DNA of 64,000 nt from Rhodocyclaceae bacterium (GCA_046294935.1 JBKBOI010000001.1:4633-68632), one strand, 5' to 3'; positions 25,052 to 32,559 are shown, counted from the stretch's first letter. Notes: generated by a model not told the origin, from the sequence alone. A program made the numbers and translations.

Positions 25052-25099
25052 ATATTAATATATTGATATTGCATTAGATGAAATTTTTTGTGGCATACT
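25051..25099 (+). promoter_or_regulatory. AT-rich near-palindromic operator plus extended -10 promoter candidate for the sulfur island
   Basis: AATATTAATATATTGATATT (20-bp near-perfect inverted repeat, 25051-25070) and TGgCATACT (25091-25099). Confidence 0.45.
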
Positions 25100-25108
25100 C
25101 AAACGAAA

Positions 25109-25253
25109 GCATCTCGAAAAAAACCGTCACGAGCGGGTGAAGGGCAAGGCGTTTGGTGCGCGCCGCGAGACTGGGGCATCAGGCGAGCGCCAAAGCCAAG
25201 CCAACACCGCGCGACGCGAGCCTCGTTCGCGCAGCGGATCCATCGAGGTGCCC
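25109..25253. mobile_element. MITE/REP-like structured element, copy 1
   Basis: Imperfect terminal inverted repeats GCATCTCGA...TCGAGGTGC; homologous to 41969-42109. Confidence 0.6.
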
Positions 25254-25301
25254 AAAAATGAGCACACCCAAAGCGCATGAAAATTGGAGGAGGTTCGATC
25301 G

Positions 25302-26420
25302 ATGCCTGAAGAATTGCAGGGCGTTGCCAGCGCCGTCGTCTGGTGGGGGTTCGGGCTCGGCCTGATCTTCGGTTTTTTCGCCAACAAGACCAATTTCTGC
25401 ACCATGGGGGCCGTCTCCGATGTCGTCAACATGGGCGATTGGGGACGCATGCGGGCGTGGCTGCTGACCATCGCCATCGCCATCCTCGGCACCCACTGGC
25501 TTGCTTTCAGCGGCAAGATCAACCTCGCCAATACCATCTACACCGGCCAGAGTCTGCCCTGGCTGGCGCACATCGTCGGTGGCTTCCTCTTTGGCATCGG
25601 CATGACGCTCGCCTCCGGCTGCGGCAACAAGACACTGGTGCGCGTCGGTGGCGGCAATCTGAAGGCCGTCGTGGTCTTCATCTACATGGCCTACGCCGCC
25701 AACGTCACGCTGCGGGGCATCCTCGCCGTGCCGCGCGTGGAGTGGCTGCAGCATCCCGCCGTGACGATCCATCTGCCGACCCATCAAACCCTCCCTCATC
25801 TGCTGCATAGCCGCCTCGGTATGGAGCTCGCGACGGCCGAACTGGTGATCGCGCTGCTCATCGCCGGCCTGTTGCTGGCATTCGTCTTTTTCAGCAAGTC
25901 ATTCTGGGAGAACAAGGACAATCTCATTGCCGGGCTGGTGCTCGGCGCGGTGGTCACCGCTGGCTGGTATGTCACTGGCAAGATCGGCTGGGTGGAGAAT
26001 CCCGAGACGCTGACGGAAATGGCCGTCGGCACGAATTCGAAGCTGATGGAATCGATGTCCTTCATCGCGCCGTCCGGCTATACGCTGGAGCTCTGGTCGC
26101 TATGGACCGACAAGGGTACCGTCGTCACCTGGGGCATCGCCACCGTCTTCGGCGTCGGCATCGGCTCCTTTCTCTACGCGGTGGCGACGAAATCCTTCCG
26201 CTGGGAACATTTCGTTTCGGCGCAGGACATGTTGCGCCACATCATCGGCGGCGTGCTGATGGGCTTTGGCGGCGTCACCGCCATGGGCTGCACGATCGGC
26301 CAGGGCATCACCGGATTCTCGACGCTGTCGGTCGGCTCGATCATCACCTTCTTTGCCATCGTCGCCGGCGCCGCAGCAACCATGAAGTTCGAGTACTGGC
26401 GCATGATGAAAGGCGCCTGA
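25302..26420 (+). CDS. YeeE/YedE family sulfur-compound transporter (SoxT-like)
   Basis: NFCTMGA, GMTLASGC, MGCTIGQG conserved Cys motifs; multi-TM; GGAGGAGG RBS. Confidence 0.88.
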   Translation: MPEELQGVASAVVWWGFGLGLIFGFFANKTNFCTMGAVSDVVNMGDWGRMRAWLLTIAIAILGTHWLAFSGKINLANTIYTGQSLPWLAHIVGGFLFGIGMTLASGCGNKTLVRVGGGNLKAVVVFIYMAYAANVTLRGILAVPRVEWLQHPAVTIHLPTHQTLPHLLHSRLGMELATAELVIALLIAGLLLAFVFFSKSFWENKDNLIAGLVLGAVVTAGWYVTGKIGWVENPETLTEMAVGTNSKLMESMSFIAPSGYTLELWSLWTDKGTVVTWGIATVFGVGIGSFLYAVATKSFRWEHFVSAQDMLRHIIGGVLMGFGGVTAMGCTIGQGITGFSTLSVGSIITFFAIVAGAAATMKFEYWRMMKGA

Positions 26421-26518
26421 GCCTGAGACCACGACCACGATTTTTCGCTAGCCGCACCCCATCCGCAAGCCGGCAACGCATCGGCCTTGCATCCACCCGA
26501 AAAAGGTCGCCCGACTGG

Positions 26519-26544
26519 GTGCCGTATCGCCAGCGCCGACTTTT
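26519..26544 (+). repeat. 26-bp dispersed motif copy, intergenic
   Basis: GTGCCGTATCGCCAGCGCCGACTTTT. Confidence 0.85.
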
Positions 26545-26580
26545 TTCACCGATTCAACGAGCACATTGGAGGAGATGAAA

Positions 26581-27810
26581 ATGCAATTCAAGAAGACCCT
26601 GCTGACCGCGGCCATCGTCACCCTGATGCAGGCGCCGATCGCCATGGCGCAAGCCCCCCAGATGCCCGCCATGGATGGCTGGACCAAGGGCATGGGTGAC
26701 TGGATGACGGCGATGACCAATCCGGAGATGATGAAATCGATGACGGCGATGATGGATCCGAAGCTCATCGAACCCTGGATGAAGGCGATGACCGATCCGA
26801 AGATGCTGTCCTCGATGATGCAGATGGCCGATCCCAAAGTCTGGCAGCCGTGGATCGACGCGATGACCGATCCGAAGATGATGAACAGCATGATGGCGAT
26901 GGCCGACCCGAAGCTGTGGACGCCGTGGCTCCAGGCCATGACCGATCCGAAGTTCATCAACTCGATGATCGCGATGGGCGATCCGAAGCTGTGGACGCCG
27001 TTCGTCACCGCGATGACCGATCCGAAGATGATCAATTCGATGATGTCCGTCGTCGATCCGAAGGTGTGGACGCCGTGGCTGACCACGATGACCGATCCGA
27101 AGTTCATCAACTCGATGATGGGCTTCGTCGATCCGAAGGTGTGGACGCCCTGGATCACCGCGATGAGCGATCCGAAGCTGATGAACGGCATGATCGCCAT
27201 GGCGGATCCCAAGATCTGGACGCCGTTCATCACCGCGATGACCGATCCGAAGATGATCGACGGCATGATGAAGATGGCCGACCCGAATCTATGGACGCCA
27301 TGGATCAACGCCATGACCGATCCGAAGACGATGGAAGCCATGATGAAAATGGGCGACCCCGCCATCTGGACGCCTTGGATGAACGCGATGACCGATCCCA
27401 AGCTGATGAACAGCATGATGGCGATGGTCGATCCGAAGGTGTGGATGCCGTGGATGACGGCGATGACCGATCCGAAGCTGATCAATGGCATGATGCAGTT
27501 CATGTCGCCCGAAGTGATGAATCAGTGGGTCGGGGCGATGACCAGCCCGCAGATGATGGATGCGATGATGAAGATGATGAATCCCGCCATCATGGTGCAG
27601 ATGATGAATGCGATGGCAATCGCCATGCAGCAGATGCCCAAGATGGCGGAAGACATGAACAAATCGATGGCTGGCGCGGCGCGAACGGGCGCGAAAGCCG
27701 GCGCCAAGGCGGCAACATCCGCCGTCGGATCCGGCGCCCAAGCCGCGACCCATGGGGCCAAGGCAGCCACAGGCGCAGCGAAAGTCGCCGCCGATGCAGC
27801 CAGGAAATGA
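26581..27810 (+). CDS. Secreted methionine-rich tandem-repeat protein (about 12 x 25 aa), function unknown
   Basis: GGAGGAG RBS, Sec-type signal peptide ending A-M-A, repeats WxxAMTDPKxxNSMMxMxDPKxWTP, Ala-rich tail. Confidence 0.85.
   Translation: MQFKKTLLTAAIVTLMQAPIAMAQAPQMPAMDGWTKGMGDWMTAMTNPEMMKSMTAMMDPKLIEPWMKAMTDPKMLSSMMQMADPKVWQPWIDAMTDPKMMNSMMAMADPKLWTPWLQAMTDPKFINSMIAMGDPKLWTPFVTAMTDPKMINSMMSVVDPKVWTPWLTTMTDPKFINSMMGFVDPKVWTPWITAMSDPKLMNGMIAMADPKIWTPFITAMTDPKMIDGMMKMADPNLWTPWINAMTDPKTMEAMMKMGDPAIWTPWMNAMTDPKLMNSMMAMVDPKVWMPWMTAMTDPKLINGMMQFMSPEVMNQWVGAMTSPQMMDAMMKMMNPAIMVQMMNAMAIAMQQMPKMAEDMNKSMAGAARTGAKAGAKAATSAVGSGAQAATHGAKAATGAAKVAADAARK
26701..27600 (+). repeat. 75-bp coding tandem repeat array (about 12 diverged units)
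   Basis: ACCGATCC recurs at 26791, 26941, 27091, 27241 and 27391 (every second unit) and at intermediate 75-bp positions. Confidence 0.9.
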
Positions 27811-27818
27811 AAATGCCA

Positions 27819-27846
27819 GGCGGGGCGGACGACGTCTCCGCCCCGC
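27819..27846 (+). other. GC-rich hairpin between the Met-rich gene and DUF302
   Basis: GCGGGGCGGA...TCCGCCCCGC stem with no U-tract; possibly mRNA-stabilising. Confidence 0.45.
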
Positions 27847-27874
27847 AGCTCCATCCCGACGGAGGACCCTTTCG

Positions 27875-28564
27875 ATGTTGCGAGATCTCTCTGAAAAGAT
27901 TGCCGTCGTCGCTTTGAGCGCGGGCATTGGACTTTCTCCTGCAGCGTTGGGCGCCGACGCCTCGAAACCAGCCACTCCCCCGGCGGCGCTGCCTTTCAAC
28001 ATCCAACTGCCGCCGACGCGACCGAAGGAAGATCACGTGCCCAACACGATGCGCGAATCGATCAGCCCCGAGGCGCGCGCCAATTTCATCAGCAGCCTGA
28101 TGGCGATCAATCCGTTCTCGATGCAGGAGATGATCGCGATGATGGCCGTCAAATATCAGGCCAAGGAAGGCCTGAGTTTCGACGATGTCGTCGAGGCGAT
28201 GAAAATGAAGGCCAACGAACTCAACTTCAAGTTCGTTGGCCACAACCCGATGTGGAAGGACGTCATCGCCATTTCGGGCGTCAAGGAAACGCCGCGCGTC
28301 GAATTCTTCAGCTTTTGCGATGCGATGGTGGCGCGCGAGCTGCTCGACATTTCACTGGAGTTTGCCATCTTCCTGCCCTGCCGCATCGCCGTGGTCGAAG
28401 ATGCCTACAAAAAAATCTGGCTGGTGACTCTCGACTGGGACGTGCGCTGGCTCGACACCAGCAAGAATCCCAACCAGATCTCGAACAAGCTGCGCGAAGG
28501 GGCGCTACGCATCCGGGATGCGATCGACAAGATCATGAAGGCCGGCGCTGCCGGCGAATTCTGA
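27875..28564 (+). CDS. DUF302 domain periplasmic protein
   Basis: GGAGG RBS, signal-like N-terminus, FDDVVEAM...FSFCD...FLPCRIAVVED motif pattern typical of DUF302. Confidence 0.8.
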   Translation: MLRDLSEKIAVVALSAGIGLSPAALGADASKPATPPAALPFNIQLPPTRPKEDHVPNTMRESISPEARANFISSLMAINPFSMQEMIAMMAVKYQAKEGLSFDDVVEAMKMKANELNFKFVGHNPMWKDVIAISGVKETPRVEFFSFCDAMVARELLDISLEFAIFLPCRIAVVEDAYKKIWLVTLDWDVRWLDTSKNPNQISNKLREGALRIRDAIDKIMKAGAAGEF

Positions 28565-28635
28565 GACCACGGCGCTTGCGCAGGCTGGAAAACATCTCCA
28601 GAATCGCATTTCCATTCACCATTTCATTTCACGCA

Positions 28636-29451
28636 AGGAGACTCATCGATGGATCTGATCCGCAGAACGATACTGAAGGGAGCGGGGGCGGGCGGTGTGC
28701 TGGCCGGCCTGCTGGCCACCGGCATGCTCAAGCCGACGCTCGCCTATGCCAACGACTGGAACGCCGCCGCCTTCGGCGCCAAGGACTTCGACGCCGCCTT
28801 GAAGAGCATCGGCGCCGAGGGCCCCGCCGCCAACACCGCGCTGGTCATGAAGGCCCCGGAAATCGCCGAGAACGGCGCCGTCGTCCCCGTCGATGTCGTC
28901 AGCCAAATCCCCAACACCACCTCGATCGCCATCCTGGTCAAGAAAAACCCCTTCCCCTTGGCCGCCCTGTTCGAATTCTCCAATGGCGCCTTGCCCGAAG
29001 TCTCGATCCGCCTCAAGGTCGCCGAAACCTGCCCCATCGTCGCCATCGCCAAGGCCGACGGCAAGGTCTATAGCACCCAGAAGGAAGTCAAGGTCACCGT
29101 CGGCGGCTGCGGCGGCTGAATCATCACGAATCGGAAAAGGAATCCCATCATGGCTGATCCAATGAAAATCCGCGCCCAGATGAAGGGCGACGTCTGCGAA
29201 ATCCGCGTCCTCATGTCCCACCCGATGGAAACCGGCCAGCGCAAGGACAACGACGGCAAAACCATCCCCGCCCATTTCATCCAGCACGTCTCCATCGCCG
29301 TCAATGGCAAACCCGTCGTCACCGGCCAGCTCAATACCTCCGTCTCCAGAAACCCCGTCCTCGGCTTCAAGGTCAAAGGCGCCAAAGCCGGCGACAAAAT
29401 CACCGTCTCCTGGAAAGACAACAAAGGCGATTCCAGAACCGACGAGGCGAC
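28636..29451 (+). repeat. 816-bp direct repeat (soxYZ unit), identical by eye to 30866-31681
   Basis: Line-by-line comparison, offset 2230 bp. Confidence 0.9.
28649..29119 (+). CDS. soxY: Sulfur carrier protein SoxY, copy 1
   Basis: Tat-type RRTILK, APEIAENGAVVP, C-terminal VTVGGCGG swinging arm. Confidence 0.96.
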   Translation: MDLIRRTILKGAGAGGVLAGLLATGMLKPTLAYANDWNAAAFGAKDFDAALKSIGAEGPAANTALVMKAPEIAENGAVVPVDVVSQIPNTTSIAILVKKNPFPLAALFEFSNGALPEVSIRLKVAETCPIVAIAKADGKVYSTQKEVKVTVGGCGG

Positions 29452-29461
29452 GGTGGCCTGA
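29150..29461 (+). CDS. soxZ: SoxZ, copy 1
   Basis: HPMETGQRKD, PAHFIQ, SVSRNP, WKDNKG motifs. Confidence 0.96.
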   Translation: MADPMKIRAQMKGDVCEIRVLMSHPMETGQRKDNDGKTIPAHFIQHVSIAVNGKPVVTGQLNTSVSRNPVLGFKVKGAKAGDKITVSWKDNKGDSRTDEATVA

Positions 29462-29481
29462 CAGGCAGGATACCGGTCGGT

Positions 29482-29510
29482 GGGGGAGTCTGATGACTCC
29501 CCCATTTTTT
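29482..29510 (+). terminator. Rho-independent terminator after soxZ copy 1
   Basis: GGGGGAGTC-TGAT-GACTCCCCC followed by ATTTTTT. Confidence 0.8.
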
Positions 29511-29517
29511 GTCCGCG

Positions 29518-29543
29518 GGAATAAACCAGACGACCCCCACGTC
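29518..29543 (+). promoter_or_regulatory. Putative ECF sigma-dependent (autoregulatory) promoter
   Basis: GGAATA(AA)-N16-CGTC directly upstream of the ECF sigma gene. Confidence 0.6.
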
Positions 29544-29579
29544 TTTACCTGCACATCACCTTGTTGAGAGATACCCGCA

Positions 29580-30143
29580 ATGAGTCTATTCGACTTCATC
29601 GGCCGCTCACGTCAGTTCGAAGCCAGGCTCGGCGCCAGCCGCTGCCGCTTGTTGCGGTTGGCTCATTCCTGGTGCCATAACCGTAGCCTGGCCGAAGACT
29701 TGGTGCAGGAAGCGCTCGCCAAGGCGCTCGCCCGCCATGACCAGCTACGGGAACCGGAAGCGATGCACGCTTGGCTGTGCAGCATTCTGGTCAATTGCTG
29801 GCATGACTACCTGCGCCAACGCAAAGAGACCCTCGACATCGACGGCATCGAAGAGCAGGATCTGCCCAGCGCCTGCTGCCCTGAAGAAGATTGTCTGAAA
29901 AACGAAGTGGTGCGCCGGGTGCGCCAGGCCGTCGGCAAACTGCCCCCCGGCCAGCGCGAAGTGGTCACCCTCGTCGATCTCGAAGAATTTTCCTATGCCG
30001 AAGTCGCTGCGATCCTGCAAATCCCGATCGGCACGGTGATGAGCCGTCTGTCGCGCGCCCGCGCCAGCCTGCGGGAAGCCTTGCGCGAGCCGCGGATGAA
30101 CGCGACCGGCGCAAGCGGCGTGGTGCTCAAGTTGCGAGGCTAG
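29580..30143 (+). CDS. ECF RNA polymerase sigma-70 factor
   Basis: AEDLVQE region 2; FSYAEVAAILQIPIGTVMSRLSRAR region 4. Confidence 0.93.
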   Translation: MSLFDFIGRSRQFEARLGASRCRLLRLAHSWCHNRSLAEDLVQEALAKALARHDQLREPEAMHAWLCSILVNCWHDYLRQRKETLDIDGIEEQDLPSACCPEEDCLKNEVVRRVRQAVGKLPPGQREVVTLVDLEEFSYAEVAAILQIPIGTVMSRLSRARASLREALREPRMNATGASGVVLKLRG

Positions 30144-30144
30144 G

Positions 30145-30849
30145 ATGGACATCTCCGACGAAATCCTCGGCGCCTATATCGACAACGAGCTCGATGCCGC
30201 CGAGCGGGCCGCGATCCAGGAGCACATCACCACCGACGACGCCTTGCGCGCGCGGGCCTGCGAACTCTGGCAGCTCAAGCAGATGATGCGTGGCGCCTAC
30301 CCGTTACCGCGCCATGTCGGGGAAAAGACGCAGCAAGCCAGGAAGCCCCCAGGGAAAGGGGGATGGCCCCATGCGCTGGCGGCCTCCCTGTTCATTGCGG
30401 TCGGGATGATCTCTGGCTGGCTCGCCAATGATCGTTTCGATGCCGACCGGCAGCTTGACCGCCAGATCGAAGCAATCCGCAACGACGGCGGGCGGGTCGT
30501 GCTCCATCTGTTTTCCGATGAGCCGGCGCGCATGCAGGCAGCCTTGCGCATGGCCGAGCAGCTCGCCTCCGCGCGCGATGCGCAAGGCCGCCCCTTCCGT
30601 GTCGAATTCCTCGCCAACGGCCCCGGGCTACACTTGTTGCGCGTCGGCGGTTCCCCTTATGCCGAACGGATCGAGACGCTGCGCCGCCAGTATCGGAACC
30701 TGCGCCTCGTTGCATGCCACCAGGCCATCACCCGCATGCAAGAACGCGGGCTCGAAGTCACCCTGCTGCCGGGCGTCGAAGTGGCCGTCTCGGCCGAAAG
30801 CGAACTCTCCACCCGCCTGACTCAAGGCTGGCGTTATCTGCAATCCTGA
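30145..30849 (+). CDS. Membrane-anchored anti-sigma factor with C-terminal DsrE-like domain
   Basis: LGAYIDNELDAAER anti-sigma N-terminus, one TM, then VVLHL...ANGPGL...VAC...GWRYL DsrE/DsrF-like pattern. Confidence 0.7.
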   Translation: MDISDEILGAYIDNELDAAERAAIQEHITTDDALRARACELWQLKQMMRGAYPLPRHVGEKTQQARKPPGKGGWPHALAASLFIAVGMISGWLANDRFDADRQLDRQIEAIRNDGGRVVLHLFSDEPARMQAALRMAEQLASARDAQGRPFRVEFLANGPGLHLLRVGGSPYAERIETLRRQYRNLRLVACHQAITRMQERGLEVTLLPGVEVAVSAESELSTRLTQGWRYLQS

Positions 30850-30878
30850 TTTTCACCACCCAAAGAGGAGACTCATCG

Positions 30879-31349
30879 ATGGATCTGATCCGCAGAACGA
30901 TACTGAAGGGAGCGGGGGCGGGCGGTGTGCTGGCCGGCCTGCTGGCCACCGGCATGCTCAAGCCGACGCTCGCCTATGCCAACGACTGGAACGCCGCCGC
31001 CTTCGGCGCCAAGGACTTCGACGCCGCCTTGAAGAGCATCGGCGCCGAGGGCCCCGCCGCCAACACCGCGCTGGTCATGAAGGCCCCGGAAATCGCCGAG
31101 AACGGCGCCGTCGTCCCCGTCGATGTCGTCAGCCAAATCCCCAACACCACCTCGATCGCCATCCTGGTCAAGAAAAACCCCTTCCCCTTGGCCGCCCTGT
31201 TCGAATTCTCCAATGGCGCCTTGCCCGAAGTCTCGATCCGCCTCAAGGTCGCCGAAACCTGCCCCATCGTCGCCATCGCCAAGGCCGACGGCAAGGTCTA
31301 TAGCACCCAGAAGGAAGTCAAGGTCACCGTCGGCGGCTGCGGCGGCTGA
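30879..31349 (+). CDS. soxY: Sulfur carrier protein SoxY, copy 2
   Basis: Identical to copy 1. Confidence 0.96.
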   Translation: MDLIRRTILKGAGAGGVLAGLLATGMLKPTLAYANDWNAAAFGAKDFDAALKSIGAEGPAANTALVMKAPEIAENGAVVPVDVVSQIPNTTSIAILVKKNPFPLAALFEFSNGALPEVSIRLKVAETCPIVAIAKADGKVYSTQKEVKVTVGGCGG

Positions 31350-31379
31350 ATCATCACGAATCGGAAAAGGAATCCCATC

Positions 31380-31691
31380 ATGGCTGATCCAATGAAAATC
31401 CGCGCCCAGATGAAGGGCGACGTCTGCGAAATCCGCGTCCTCATGTCCCACCCGATGGAAACCGGCCAGCGCAAGGACAACGACGGCAAAACCATCCCCG
31501 CCCATTTCATCCAGCACGTCTCCATCGCCGTCAATGGCAAACCCGTCGTCACCGGCCAGCTCAATACCTCCGTCTCCAGAAACCCCGTCCTCGGCTTCAA
31601 GGTCAAAGGCGCCAAAGCCGGCGACAAAATCACCGTCTCCTGGAAAGACAACAAAGGCGATTCCAGAACCGACGAGGCGACCGTCGCATAA
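31380..31691 (+). CDS. soxZ: SoxZ, copy 2
   Basis: Protein identical to copy 1. Confidence 0.96.
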   Translation: MADPMKIRAQMKGDVCEIRVLMSHPMETGQRKDNDGKTIPAHFIQHVSIAVNGKPVVTGQLNTSVSRNPVLGFKVKGAKAGDKITVSWKDNKGDSRTDEATVA

Positions 31692-31715
31692 ACAAATCGA
31701 CCCAAGGAGGAAACA

Positions 31716-32543
31716 ATGAAAAAAATGCGCATCCTCGGTACGCTCTGTACCCTCGCAGCAAGCGGCAGTCTGCTCGCCCAGACGGCAGAGACCATCGACC
31801 ATGCCAAGGCAGCCGCGGAATTCGAGAAATTCCGCGCCGAGATGGAGGACAGCAACCCGTCCGAACTCTTCGAAATGAAGGGCGAGGAGCTCTGGAAGGC
31901 CAAGCGCGGCCCGAAGAACGTCTCACTCGCCGAAAGCTGCGATCTGGGCTTGGGCGTCGGCAAGGTTGCGGGCGCCTATGTGCAGATGCCCCGTTACTTC
32001 GAGGATGCCGGCGCGGTGATGGATGCCGAGCGCCGCATCGTCTGGTGCATGGTCGAAAAACAGGGCTTCAAGTTCGAGGACATCGCCAAGAAGCCCTTCG
32101 CTTCCGAAAACTACACTCCGGACGCGACCAATCTGGTCACCTATGTCGCCGGCCAGTCGCGCAACATGAAGATTGCCGTGCCACTCGATCACCCCAAGGT
32201 CAAGGAAGCTTATGAGATCGGCAAGGAAATGGCCGCCTACCGCGCCGGTCCTTATGATTTTTCGTGCAATACCTGTCACGGCGTCGATGGCAAGCGCATC
32301 CGCATGCAGAATCTGCCCAACATCAATACACCGGAAGGCGCGATCAAGGGCGTGCAGGGTTGGCCGGGCTACCGGATGACGGGTGGCGTCCAGCTCACCC
32401 ACCAGTGGCGGATGACCGACTGCTTCCGTCAGCAGCGCTTTCCGGCACCGAAATACGCCTCGGATGCGATCAGCTATCTGCTGACCTACATGACCGGCAA
32501 TGCCAACGGCCAGATCTACAAAGGCCCCGGTATCAAGCGCTGA
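31716..32543 (+). CDS. soxA: SoxA c-type cytochrome (one CxxCH)
   Basis: Signal peptide, FSCNTCH, WPGYR, DCFRQQRFP catalytic Cys motif, GPGIKR end. Confidence 0.93.
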   Translation: MKKMRILGTLCTLAASGSLLAQTAETIDHAKAAAEFEKFRAEMEDSNPSELFEMKGEELWKAKRGPKNVSLAESCDLGLGVGKVAGAYVQMPRYFEDAGAVMDAERRIVWCMVEKQGFKFEDIAKKPFASENYTPDATNLVTYVAGQSRNMKIAVPLDHPKVKEAYEIGKEMAAYRAGPYDFSCNTCHGVDGKRIRMQNLPNINTPEGAIKGVQGWPGYRMTGGVQLTHQWRMTDCFRQQRFPAPKYASDAISYLLTYMTGNANGQIYKGPGIKR

Positions 32544-32559
32544 AAATAGGGAGAGAGCA

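Noticed and set aside
25052-25300. tRNA or integration site after queC
   Set aside because: No cloverleaf, TTCGAATC-type T-arm or CCA end recognisable; no integrase at the island edges
26701-27600. Regular 75-bp periodicity as a possible CRISPR array
   Set aside because: Units are in-frame coding repeats with codon-position variation, there are no unique spacers, and no cas genes are in the window
26448-27917. Repetitive alternative-frame ORFs (IFGSVIA... and DDRSE...) over the Met-rich gene
   Set aside because: They inherit periodicity from the real gene; only the Met-rich frame has a strong RBS and signal peptide
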